Shown piece after piece: positions 18,258 to 27,259 of a stretch of 38,716 bases of DNA. A model generated the notes under the pieces. The model was given only the letters and a program-made list of their open reading frames with translations, did not search any database and was not told the DNA's origin. Position numbers and translations under genes: made by a program. Numbering within the stretch: the stretch's first letter is position 1; the number at the start of each line of letters is the position of its first letter. The stretch lies in NCBI GenBank assembly GCA_002313635.1, contig DCBY01000027.1, forward strand, positions 1 to 38,716, written 5' to 3'. This stretch comes from Fusobacteriia bacterium UBA1095 (GTDB lineage Bacteria; Fusobacteriota; Fusobacteriia; Bac17; UBA816).

Positions 18258-19880
18258 ATGATCTATCTGTTTATTTTGTTATCCTGCTCCAATATTGCTA
18301 AGGAGCCTGTAAATGATTCTCGTATAGCAGCACCATCTAGAAGTATTGAGGTAGATAGGGATACCACTATAAATTATCCTAAAAATGAAATTTCAGATTG
18401 GACTAGATTAAAGAAAGAAGGAAGTAGCAAGGATTTTATCAAATTCTTTGATAAAGAGGCAGAGAAGGGCAGAATCAATAGTGAAGTATTCTATCATTTT
18501 GATCGAGATCGATCCGCTAAAGTTAACTATCCTTTTTTGCTACTTCTTGACTTTCCAGTAGATAGAGATACCAATATACGGGATGATGCATTTGATTATT
18601 TGGTGAATAACTTCATGAATAGATCGAAAGCTGGTAAAAATTTCATAGATGCTAGTTCTGAAATGGCCGGAGGCTATCTAGTGTGTTTAGCTGCCAAAAT
18701 GCTCAGATTTAGTAGCTTTGAAAATTTTGTTAGACAGACAGGTGTAGATGTGAATGTAGGGACTGAGAGAGTAACCCCTATAATTGCAGCTATATACCTG
18801 GGTGATAATGAAAAATTAGATTTTTTGCTTAGGGAGAGAAAAGCATCCATAAGGAGCTCTCAAGGACCTTTGGCTGTTGCATTTGCTTTTTGGAGAAACA
18901 ATGTTGGTGCCTTGAAAATAATAATGGACAATTGTGACAGAGATTATGTTGACAGTTTAATTGAGGGTAAGATACCACCTAGTGCCTATGCTACTCCTAA
19001 TTTTAATGAAGATATTATTAAATTTGCCATAGCTAATGATATGAGATATATAGACAAAAAAGATGTTAGAAAGGCGTGGTTGTCCAGAATGGCGTGCTAT
19101 GTAACTTTAGCTGTAAGTAACGTGGTCTTAGATTTAAGTAGAGGAATGACTTTCAATGTTGCTAGCATATTTGGTAAGGCTTTTGAAGAGGTATTGAAAT
19201 CCTTTTTAATCTATGATTTCACTGCTCAAAAGATAAGAGCAGCATATAAAGTTGTCTCATTTGTCTTTGAAAAGGGAGATTGGGTTGAGTGCATAAAAGA
19301 GAATGACGAAAAGAGGGGAGAAAAGCTTCTATTTGCAGTATCTAACTATCTCCAGAGAAATAAAAAGAGAAAAGAGGTAAAAAAGGAACTGGGAGAGTTA
19401 AAAGAATTGAAGAAAAAACTCTCTTTCAAATCATATGATATAAGAGAGTGGGATGATGATAGAGTTAGATATTTAAAGTTGATAAAGAGAATGGACCCTG
19501 ATAATTTTGCCAAAGCTGATAGAGTTCAGACATTAGATAGGAGATCAACAATAATAAATTTTGCTAGCTATGGAAGAGGTAATGAAGAAGTTAAGTTGAT
19601 ATATACATCTGTAGAGACAGGAGATAGGTATAATCTTGATTTATTTGAATGTAAATGTTTGAAACAAGGGCTCAGATTGCCTACCTTTGAAGAGTTATCA
19701 GAAATGCATGAAAATAAAATAATAACACAAAATGGTAGATACATTATTAGAGATACTGATGATGAAACATCAGAATATAGGGTAGCAGTTCTGCATGGCA
19801 GTAGCTTAGAAGAAGAGGGCGATCTAGAGGATGATAGTGAAGGTTTAAGCTATTTTTGCATAGAGTCTACTGTTGATTAA
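18258..19880 (+). CDS. Ankyrin-like lipoprotein with a C-terminal RLPTxEEL (DUF1566/Lcl-like) module
   Basis: MIYLFILLS-C after SD AAGGGG; GVDVNVG...TPIIAAIYLGDNEKLDFLL ankyrin repeat; C..QGLRLPTFEEL...YFC. Confidence 0.7.
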   Translation: MIYLFILLSCSNIAKEPVNDSRIAAPSRSIEVDRDTTINYPKNEISDWTRLKKEGSSKDFIKFFDKEAEKGRINSEVFYHFDRDRSAKVNYPFLLLLDFPVDRDTNIRDDAFDYLVNNFMNRSKAGKNFIDASSEMAGGYLVCLAAKMLRFSSFENFVRQTGVDVNVGTERVTPIIAAIYLGDNEKLDFLLRERKASIRSSQGPLAVAFAFWRNNVGALKIIMDNCDRDYVDSLIEGKIPPSAYATPNFNEDIIKFAIANDMRYIDKKDVRKAWLSRMACYVTLAVSNVVLDLSRGMTFNVASIFGKAFEEVLKSFLIYDFTAQKIRAAYKVVSFVFEKGDWVECIKENDEKRGEKLLFAVSNYLQRNKKRKEVKKELGELKELKKKLSFKSYDIREWDDDRVRYLKLIKRMDPDNFAKADRVQTLDRRSTIINFASYGRGNEEVKLIYTSVETGDRYNLDLFECKCLKQGLRLPTFEELSEMHENKIITQNGRYIIRDTDDETSEYRVAVLHGSSLEEEGDLEDDSEGLSYFCIESTVD

Positions 19881-19921
19881 TCCAGATAAAGTGATAGAAT
19901 ATTCAAAAAAGGAATATTTTA

Positions 19922-20239
19922 ATGATTTTTCAAAAGATAATTAACAGAGAAGTGCCTTCGGATATAGTATATGAAGATGATTACTTAATAGCTTTCAAGG
20001 ATGTTAATCCTAAAGCTAAGGTTCATGTGTTGATAGTTCCCAAGGATTCTAGTATACAAAATTTAAATGATATTAATAAGGGAAATATCTACTACATAGA
20101 GAAAATATTTTTAGCTGTTCCCTCTATAGCTGCTAGCCTTGGTTTAACAGATTACAAATTATTAACTAACTGTGGAAGAGGAGCAGGTCAAGAGATTTTC
20201 CACTTGCATTTCCACTTAATGGGTGGTGGACCTTGTTAG
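19922..20239 (+). CDS. hinT: Histidine triad nucleotide-binding protein
   Basis: IFQKII..E.PSDIVYEDD, DVNPKAKVHVL.VPK, GQEIFHLHFHLMGG. Confidence 0.93.
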   Translation: MIFQKIINREVPSDIVYEDDYLIAFKDVNPKAKVHVLIVPKDSSIQNLNDINKGNIYYIEKIFLAVPSIAASLGLTDYKLLTNCGRGAGQEIFHLHFHLMGGGPC

Positions 20240-21297
20240 GCATTGGTATAGTTGGTCTGCCAAATGTGGGTAAGTCTACACTCTTTAATGCTATAACTAG
20301 CATGAAAGCAGAGGCTGCTAACTATCCTTTCTGTACTATTGATCCAAATATAGGTATAGTTGATGTGCCTGATGAGCGGCTTGATAGAGTTGCTGAGATA
20401 AGTGGATCGGAGAAGGTAATTAGATCCTCTATCAAATTTGTTGATATAGCTGGTCTTGTTAGAGGTGCTTCTAAAGGTGAGGGTCTAGGGAATAAATTTC
20501 TTTCAAACATTAGAGAGGTTACTGCTATAGCTCATGTTTTGAGGTGTTTTGATGATGAAAATGTAACACATGTTGATGGAAGTGTTAACCCACTAAGAGA
20601 CTTAGAGACAATAAATTTAGAACTTATATTAGCAGATATTGATCTACTTACAAAGGCTCTTGCAAAGAATAAGAAGGCTAATGCAAATAGTATCTTAGTA
20701 AAAGCCATAGAAAATTCATTGTCAATTTTGGAGAGTAATAAATTTCTATATGGTCTTCCTGATGAACATAAAGAGGCTTTGAAGATCTATAGCTTATTAA
20801 CCTTGAAGCCGATGATTTTAGTCACCAATGTTAAAGAACAAGATATAACCAAAGGCAACAATTATACAAAATTGGTTGAAGAATTTGCTGCAGAGAGTGG
20901 TATGAAAGTGGTAAGAGTGTGTGCTCAAGTAGAGTATGAGATATCTCAGTTAAATGAAGAGGATAGAAAAGATTTTATAGATAGCTTAGGCTTGGATAGA
21001 CCTTGTCTAGATATGTTAATACAGGAAGGGTATTCTACATTAGGCCTTATAAGCTTTTTTACATCTGGCCCTAAAGAGAGTAGAGCTTGGACTATTGAGA
21101 TAGGCGAGAGTGCTTATGAGGCAGCAGCTAAAATACACAAAGATATTCAAAGAGGGTTCATAAAAGCAGAGGTTACATCCTATAAAGATTTTATAGAGAC
21201 AAAAGGAAAGCCTAAGGAGAGAGGTCTCCTTAAGCTTGAAGGTAAAAATTATATAATACAAGATGCAGATGTGATCTATTTTAGGTTTAACGTTTAG
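20233..21297 (+). CDS. ychF: Redox-regulated ATPase YchF
   Basis: GIVGLPNVGKSTLFNA, ANYPFCTIDPN, DIAGLVRGASKGEGLGNKFL, TGS domain ending FRFNV. Confidence 0.97.
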   Translation: MLGIGIVGLPNVGKSTLFNAITSMKAEAANYPFCTIDPNIGIVDVPDERLDRVAEISGSEKVIRSSIKFVDIAGLVRGASKGEGLGNKFLSNIREVTAIAHVLRCFDDENVTHVDGSVNPLRDLETINLELILADIDLLTKALAKNKKANANSILVKAIENSLSILESNKFLYGLPDEHKEALKIYSLLTLKPMILVTNVKEQDITKGNNYTKLVEEFAAESGMKVVRVCAQVEYEISQLNEEDRKDFIDSLGLDRPCLDMLIQEGYSTLGLISFFTSGPKESRAWTIEIGESAYEAAAKIHKDIQRGFIKAEVTSYKDFIETKGKPKERGLLKLEGKNYIIQDADVIYFRFNV

Positions 21298-22077
21298 TTA
21301 GAGATTGTTCATTCTATCTCTTAGCTTTGCTAAGACAAAGTTCTGTATCTGTCTAACTCTCTCTCTAGTTAGATTAAGCTTGTCAGCTATCTTCTCTAGA
21401 GTGAGCCTATTGTTACCAAAAAGCCCAAATCTATGAACCATTACCTCTTGCTCTTTACCTCTAAGTTTTTTGATCATACTAATCAGAGAACTGCTTTCGA
21501 AATCTCGGCAAAGTTCATCCTCAGCATTTAATTTTGTAGAATCAAATCCCTGTCCAGATTCATATTGATCATCTAGAGATATGTAAGACATCTCCATAAG
21601 ATCCATTACTCTTTTCACCTCTTTGATATCTACTTCTATTTTTTGAGAAATCTCTTTCTTAGTAGGCACTTTGGAGTGCTTATTCTTGTATTCTATTACA
21701 AACTTAGATATCTTGTTTATATTGTCAACAACATATGAAGGGTACCTAATAATATTTTTGGTGTCGTTTAGATGTCTAAGAACAGCCTGTTTTATCCAAA
21801 ATGTTGCATAGGTACTGAATCGTTTACCCTTAGAAGGATCAAATCTATCTACAGCTATTATTAGTCCAGAATTACCTTCTTGTACTAAGTCTTGGAAAGG
21901 AACCTTAGTGTGTAGATATTTTTTAGCTACATTTACAACTAGCCTTAGGTTGGCAGTTATTGCTTGTTCTCTGGCTTCTTTATCGCCTTTTGTAACTCTT
22001 TCAAAGAGCTTTTTTTCTTCTTCTTTTGTTAGAAGTTGGTATTTACTAATTGTTTTAAGATATTTGTTTAAGTCCAA
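21298..22077 (-). CDS. Short RpoD/RpoS-like sigma-70 factor lacking region 1.1
   Basis: YL..I....LLT.EEE (1.2), ANLRLVV.VAKKY, DLVQEGN.GL..AVDRFD, FSTYATFWIKQ, TLE.IA....LTRERVRQI; TTG start after GGAGGAG. Confidence 0.92.
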   Translation of the reverse strand: MDLNKYLKTISKYQLLTKEEEKKLFERVTKGDKEAREQAITANLRLVVNVAKKYLHTKVPFQDLVQEGNSGLIIAVDRFDPSKGKRFSTYATFWIKQAVLRHLNDTKNIIRYPSYVVDNINKISKFVIEYKNKHSKVPTKKEISQKIEVDIKEVKRVMDLMEMSYISLDDQYESGQGFDSTKLNAEDELCRDFESSSLISMIKKLRGKEQEVMVHRFGLFGNNRLTLEKIADKLNLTRERVRQIQNFVLAKLRDRMNNL

Positions 22078-22164
22078 ATTTAGAACTCCTCCACGGTTAA
22101 GTAATACTCTATTAATGACTATATTCCTCTATTTTATGTTAAAATTTTTTGTTTAGGAGGTTTT

Positions 22165-22644
22165 TTGCGAATTTTAGGAATAGATCCTGGTACAGCAACA
22201 TTAGGTTATGGACTAGTTGAGAATGGTAAGATGTTAGATTATGGAGTAATAACTACTGACAAAGTTAATTCAGAAGAAGATAGGTTACTCTCGATATTTA
22301 GAGGGTTGGAAGAGATAATGCATAAATATAATCCAGATGAAGTTGCTGTAGAGAAACTTTTTTTTAGTAAAAATATTAAGACAGCAATTACTGTCAGTCA
22401 AGCAAGAGGAGTATCGCTATTAGTAGCTGCTAAGCATGGGAAAAAAGTTTTTGGATATACTCCTCTTCAAGTTAAGCAAGGAATAGCTTCATCAGGGACT
22501 GCCACAAAAAAAGATGTGCAATTTATGGTTAAGATGATTTTAGGATTGGATAAAATACCTAAGCCAGATGATGCAGCCGATGCATTAGCTATTGCAATTG
22601 TGCATTGTAATTATAGATCAAATAATATTGCGCTTGAACTCTGA
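22165..22644 (+). CDS. ruvC: Holliday junction resolvase RuvC
   Basis: ILGIDPG, AVEKLFF, QARGV, YTPLQVK, PDDAADALAIA; SD AGGAGG. Confidence 0.96.
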   Translation: MRILGIDPGTATLGYGLVENGKMLDYGVITTDKVNSEEDRLLSIFRGLEEIMHKYNPDEVAVEKLFFSKNIKTAITVSQARGVSLLVAAKHGKKVFGYTPLQVKQGIASSGTATKKDVQFMVKMILGLDKIPKPDDAADALAIAIVHCNYRSNNIALEL

Positions 22645-22661
22645 TGTTCTAAAGGGTTAGC

Positions 22662-22691
22662 TTGACATAATTGAAATATAAGTGATACAAT
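22662..22691 (+). promoter_or_regulatory. Sigma-70 promoter of rplM-rpsI
   Basis: TTGACA (22662-67), 18 nt, then TACAAT (22686-91) with extended TG. Confidence 0.7.
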
Positions 22692-22723
22692 TCAGTAGAA
22701 GTTTGAGACCCAAGGAGAATAAC

Positions 22724-23152
22724 TTGAAAAGTTTTATGTTGAGAGCGGAAGATGTTGACAGGAAGTGGTACACTGTGGACGCTTCTGGAAAAGTTTTAGG
22801 AAGGTTAGCCAGCGAAATTTCAAAAAGGCTGATGGGTAAGCATAAGCCTACTTATACCTTTCATACCGATAATGGTGATTATGTAATAGTTACTAATGCT
22901 GAGAGTATTGCTATTACAGGGAGTAAAAATAAAGACAAAGTTTACTACAGACATAGTGGTAAGCCAGGTAACTTGAAGAGTAGGACTTTTGAGCAGATGA
23001 TGGAAAAAGATCCTGTTAAAGTAGTTGAGTTAGCTGTAAGAAGAATGCTGCCTAAGAATAGAATAGGTAGACATATGTACTCTAGGCTTAGAGTTTTTAA
23101 AAATGAAAATCATGAGCATGAGGCTCAAAAACCAATAGCATTGGAAATTTAG
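22724..23152 (+). CDS. rplM: 50S ribosomal protein L13
   Basis: RKWY.VDA.GKVLGRLAS, GKHKPTYT.H.D.GD, RRMLPKN, HEAQKP; TTG start after AAGGAG. Confidence 0.97.
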   Translation: MKSFMLRAEDVDRKWYTVDASGKVLGRLASEISKRLMGKHKPTYTFHTDNGDYVIVTNAESIAITGSKNKDKVYYRHSGKPGNLKSRTFEQMMEKDPVKVVELAVRRMLPKNRIGRHMYSRLRVFKNENHEHEAQKPIALEI

Positions 23153-23160
23153 GAGATCAA

Positions 23161-23544
23161 ATGTTAAATAGAGGAACTGGAAAGAGAAAAACAAGCATAG
23201 CTAGAGTCTTCATAGACAGCAAGAGTGATAAGGTAATGGTAAATGGCAAAGATGCAAAGGATTACTTTAAAAGATCTACTCACCTTAATGAAATTATGAG
23301 ACCTCTTTTGATTACTAAACAGGATGGGAAGTTGGGCATAGTTGCAAAAGTTGAAGGAGGCGGCATATCTGGCCAAGCAGGTGCTGTACGTCATGGGATA
23401 ACTAGAGCTCTTTTGGACTTGAATCCTGCTTTCAGAGAGGTGTTGAAACCAGAAGGTTTAATAACAAGAGATTCAAGAAAAGTAGAGCGTAAAAAGCCAG
23501 GACTTAAGAAATCAAGAAGAAGTCCTCAATTTTCAAAAAGATAA
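23161..23544 (+). CDS. rpsI: 30S ribosomal protein S9
   Basis: GTGKRKTSIARV, GGGISGQAGAVRHGI, TRDSR.VERKKPG, PQFSKR. Confidence 0.97.
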   Translation: MLNRGTGKRKTSIARVFIDSKSDKVMVNGKDAKDYFKRSTHLNEIMRPLLITKQDGKLGIVAKVEGGGISGQAGAVRHGITRALLDLNPAFREVLKPEGLITRDSRKVERKKPGLKKSRRSPQFSKR

Positions 23545-23546
23545 CA

Positions 23547-23574
23547 GAAAGAGAGCCTTACGGCTCTTTTTTTT
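23547..23574 (+). terminator. Intrinsic terminator after rpsI
   Basis: AAAGAGAGCC-TTAC-GGCTCTTTTT followed by a T-tract. Confidence 0.88.
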
Positions 23575-23600
23575 GCCTTTTTTCATTTTTATATCATACT
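23573..23600 (+). promoter_or_regulatory. Candidate alternative promoter TTGCCT-16-CATACT upstream of the ankyrin array
   Basis: TAT-CATACT at 23592-600 upstream of SD AAGGGGG. Confidence 0.4.
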
Positions 23601-23621
23601 CTCTTTAGATAAGGGGGTTAA

Positions 23622-24461
23622 ATGGGAAGCATATTTGTTGTAGTAGCCTTTGCTATTTCTAGTTGTTGGGGTAATAATAAAGATAATGTAGAGAGTAAGA
23701 GTCCTAAAATTGAGGTTCATTTATCAAAGGGACAGCGTGATACAAAGCTTGTAGATGAGTTAGAAGAGGCAGTAAAAAGTGATAATCTTCAATCTTTTAC
23801 TATCTTATTAGATAATAATCCTGAATTGCTATCTTTTGAGTATACTGCAATTGGTGTGAGAAATATGAATATTCTTCATCTTCTTGTTGATCATTTAAAT
23901 GTAGATCCTTCACCTTTTATTGAAGAGATTAAGGTGAGGTTAGTACAAGAATTAGGCACTAAAAAAGGAAGTAAGCCACTAAATTATGATGAGCTTGTTA
24001 GGGATTCTGATTCTGGTCTTACTCCACTAGAGTTTGCTATAAGTGAAAAGAAAAAATTGTTTGTACACTATTTCATTGAAAATAAAGATTCACTTCCTAG
24101 ATCATCTCACCTCAAGAATGAAATAACAAAATTGATTGAAGAGGAAGATATAGATTTTTTGAAATTTCTATTTGAGGAATTACAAAGAGATGATAATTAC
24201 AGACTGATTGCTAATAATTCATTTTTGTACAGCTGGACAGTTGGTAGTGTGAAGAGAGACTATCTATACTCAGCTGTAAAGAAGGGTAACTTAAGGTTAG
24301 TTGAGTTTTTTGTAGAAGATGTAAAGATAGATGTCAATAAAGAGAAAAGATATGGGAAAAAGAATCTGCTTAATTTAGCACAAAATTTACCTAACAAATT
24401 CCCAGATAAGAGAGAGATAATAAAATACTTTGTCAAATTACTTGTGGAATCTGGAAAGTAG
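23622..24461 (+). CDS. Ankyrin-like lipoprotein, array member 1
   Basis: MGSIFVVVAFAISS-C; NILHLL, SGLTPLEFAI, YLYSAVKKGNLRLVEFFV..KIDVN. Confidence 0.8.
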   Translation: MGSIFVVVAFAISSCWGNNKDNVESKSPKIEVHLSKGQRDTKLVDELEEAVKSDNLQSFTILLDNNPELLSFEYTAIGVRNMNILHLLVDHLNVDPSPFIEEIKVRLVQELGTKKGSKPLNYDELVRDSDSGLTPLEFAISEKKKLFVHYFIENKDSLPRSSHLKNEITKLIEEEDIDFLKFLFEELQRDDNYRLIANNSFLYSWTVGSVKRDYLYSAVKKGNLRLVEFFVEDVKIDVNKEKRYGKKNLLNLAQNLPNKFPDKREIIKYFVKLLVESGK

Positions 24462-24469
24462 AGAGAAAC

Positions 24470-25354
24470 ATGTTAGTTATTTTAGCCTTTTTAATTTCAT
24501 GTGGTAAACAAGATGTACCTTCTGCAACACACAAAGTTTTGAATGAAAGTTTACAAGAATTACAAAATGAAGTAGAAGAGTTGAAGATCTCTTTAAGGGA
24601 AAAAGAGCCTACTGTAAAGAACATAATGACTGTAAGTGAATTTCTGGTTGCTGTAGAGCTAAATGATTTCAATGCTATCAAAGATGCGCTTTCTCATGAC
24701 AAGAATAGATTTTTGAGGTATGACTTCAGTAATTATATCTATAATAGCAAAGGATCAGAAAATATATTGCATCTACTCGCATACAGATCTAAGAGTGGAA
24801 TTTTCACAAAAAAGATACTAGAGCTGATCTTTGAAGCTGATGGAGCTATGTTTTCTGAAATGATACTGAAGAAAAATAATTCTGGAATATTTCCTACTGA
24901 TATATTGATAGAAGAGGGAAGAACCGATGCTATTAATTTCGCTTATGAGAAGGGCATATCTTTAAATAATGGATTTAGTGAGGAAATACTGCTTACTCGC
25001 TTTAAACTAGCCATTTTTAATAATGAATTAGAGTTAGCTGAGGTTCTATCTAAGATTATAGGCAATGATGGTGACAGATCCAGAATTTTAAGCAAGGCTG
25101 ATCCTCACTTTGATCTTATTTATTGGGCCATTTATAAAGGGAATGTTAATTTTGTTAGATTGCTTCTTAGCAACTATGTCTACTTGGGAAGGGAATATCC
25201 TCAAAACAATTCTGAAGAAAAAATTGGAATAAAGGATCTTATAGATACTTTGAAAGAGGGAGAAATAAAAGAGGAAATTAAGAAGAGAGTGTTGGATAAG
25301 CTTGTCAATACAGGCTATACCAGAGTTTATGAAAACCAAGGAGTTGAAAAATGA
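24470..25354 (+). CDS. Ankyrin-like lipoprotein, array member 2
   Basis: MLVILAFLIS-C; NILHLL, NNSGIFPTD, LIYWAIYKGNVNFVRLLL. Confidence 0.8.
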   Translation: MLVILAFLISCGKQDVPSATHKVLNESLQELQNEVEELKISLREKEPTVKNIMTVSEFLVAVELNDFNAIKDALSHDKNRFLRYDFSNYIYNSKGSENILHLLAYRSKSGIFTKKILELIFEADGAMFSEMILKKNNSGIFPTDILIEEGRTDAINFAYEKGISLNNGFSEEILLTRFKLAIFNNELELAEVLSKIIGNDGDRSRILSKADPHFDLIYWAIYKGNVNFVRLLLSNYVYLGREYPQNNSEEKIGIKDLIDTLKEGEIKEEIKKRVLDKLVNTGYTRVYENQGVEK

Positions 25355-26205
25355 TTTTTTTACTATTCTTACTAAATTGCGGAGGTTCAGCATTTGACGC
25401 TGTGTCAACAAAAGATATCCCAATTAGCAGTGAAGAGGACATGTACGAAGAAGAGGGAGACTTTTTTATAAGCAGAGATGTTCTTAACGCTGTTATAAAT
25501 AATTCTGTTGAAGATTTTGAGGAGGCAATTGAAGATAACGAAAACCTTGTTGCCATAAATTATGCAGACTACAATGTTGGTAGATATGGTGCAGGTGTTA
25601 ACACTATTTTACACGTGATTTGCAATACAGATAACATAGATAAAATTGCTTTTTTCCAAGCTATAAGGAGAGTAGATTCAGGATCTTTCCTCAAGATGCT
25701 GTCCAGAAGCAATGGGCAAGATATGTTCCCAGCAGATTTTTTAATAATGAATGAAGATAGCAGAGCTCTAGCTTTTTTAGTTGAATTAGGTGTAACAAAA
25801 GACTCTGGTATTACCAAGAAAATTATAAAAAGAGAGATCAAAAACTTGGTTGCTAATGGTAGAAAGGACATGTTTACTGTCTTAGAAGCAGCTTACGCAA
25901 AATCTATGCCAGGTGTTTCAGAAAAGGGAGGTGAAATGATCCCAGAAAGCTATTCTCTTTACAGAGAGAAGGACAAAGATGGTAGAGATGCCATATATTA
26001 TGCTGTGTCTTTTGGAAATGTAGATATGGTGGAGTTTTTAATTTCCAAATTTGTTAATTTGAATGTGAACTATGGAAGCTCTTTCTATGGATTTGGTAAG
26101 CATATAAAAGATGTTTGGAAAAAAGCTAATTTTCCTAATAAGGGAAGTAGTAAACAAGTTTATGATCTTATAAGTAAAAATCAGGGTAAGCCAGCATATA
26201 AATAA
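25351..26205 (+). CDS. Ankyrin-like lipoprotein, array member 3
   Basis: MIFLLFLLN-C; NTILHVIC, FPADF, REKDKDGRDAIYYAVSFGNVDMVEFLI. Confidence 0.8.
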   Translation: MIFLLFLLNCGGSAFDAVSTKDIPISSEEDMYEEEGDFFISRDVLNAVINNSVEDFEEAIEDNENLVAINYADYNVGRYGAGVNTILHVICNTDNIDKIAFFQAIRRVDSGSFLKMLSRSNGQDMFPADFLIMNEDSRALAFLVELGVTKDSGITKKIIKREIKNLVANGRKDMFTVLEAAYAKSMPGVSEKGGEMIPESYSLYREKDKDGRDAIYYAVSFGNVDMVEFLISKFVNLNVNYGSSFYGFGKHIKDVWKKANFPNKGSSKQVYDLISKNQGKPAYK

Positions 26206-26215
26206 GGAGTTTAAT

Positions 26216-27250
26216 ATGATAATGTTTTTGTTACTAAGTTGCGGGAAAAATTTGACTAATTCAAGCACAAAATCAGTTGATCAGAGGCCTAGTTACCAAA
26301 ATGAAATGAATACAGCCAATAGAGAAGAAAAGAGAGTAGATGAGATAAAGATGGCTAACGGAGAAGAAAGAAGAGCAGGTGGAATAAATACGGCCAATAG
26401 AGAAGGAAATAATGAAATAGAGACCAATAGGGAAGAAGAGTGGGCTGATAATAACACTACAGATGTAGAAGACCCAGTTGGAGTAAAGATTGGATACTCT
26501 CAATCAGATCTTCTCTACGCAATAGAGAGAGATGATACTGAAAAATTCAGGGAAATTTTATCTAAAAATGAGAATCTTCTATCTTCGGTCTTTATGGAGA
26601 TGGGATCGAATAATCTGCTTCATGTTATATGTAGCAGTTCATCATTGAAAGTTGATGAATTTTTAGAAATTGTTTTTAATGAACACAAAACACAGTTTAA
26701 AGAGATGCTATTTCAGAACAATAGTCAAGGAGTGCTACCAGCTGAAATTCTTTTTGACAATAGAAATTTGAAAGCTTTACAATTTTTAGTTGATAGTAAA
26801 TTGTTCTACTTTTTTGGTGACAAAGTAGCTGTAAGTAAAGATATTTTTAAGAACAACATAAGAACATTTGTTGATGATAGAGAGACAGAGTTACTGGAAA
26901 TACTCAGCAAAGCTTACTGCTACCCTGATGAAGAATTACCTCAGGTTACTAGACTTAAAATGTTCCGTGAGAAAGATAAGAAGAAAAAAGATTTCATATA
27001 CTATGCTGTATTGAATGGGGATGTATGGATGGTTGAATACCTTTTAAGCAAAAATGTTAGTTTGAAGGTGAACTATGGCAGTTCTGTATATGGATTCAGG
27101 GAATTCATACTTGATGTGCTAAAGAAGTCAAATGCTGATAAAAAGGCAAAAGAGAAAATAAAGAAATTAATAAAAGATAAAAAAGGGGATAAAAGCCCTG
27201 TATTTTCTGATCCAAATGAAATAACATATGGAGAACAAAAAATAAATTAA
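26216..27250 (+). CDS. Ankyrin-like lipoprotein, array member 4
   Basis: MIMFLLLS-C; NNLLHVIC, QGVLPAE, FREKDKKKKDFIYYAVLNGDVWMVEYLL. Confidence 0.8.
   Translation: MIMFLLLSCGKNLTNSSTKSVDQRPSYQNEMNTANREEKRVDEIKMANGEERRAGGINTANREGNNEIETNREEEWADNNTTDVEDPVGVKIGYSQSDLLYAIERDDTEKFREILSKNENLLSSVFMEMGSNNLLHVICSSSSLKVDEFLEIVFNEHKTQFKEMLFQNNSQGVLPAEILFDNRNLKALQFLVDSKLFYFFGDKVAVSKDIFKNNIRTFVDDRETELLEILSKAYCYPDEELPQVTRLKMFREKDKKKKDFIYYAVLNGDVWMVEYLLSKNVSLKVNYGSSVYGFREFILDVLKKSNADKKAKEKIKKLIKDKKGDKSPVFSDPNEITYGEQKIN
26300..26445 (+). repeat. Degenerate ~39-nt (13-aa) tandem repeat in a lipoprotein tether
   Basis: NEMNTANREEKRV / DEIKMANGEERRA / GGINTANREGN / NEIETNREEEWA. Confidence 0.6.
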
Positions 27251-27259
27251 GGAGGAAGT

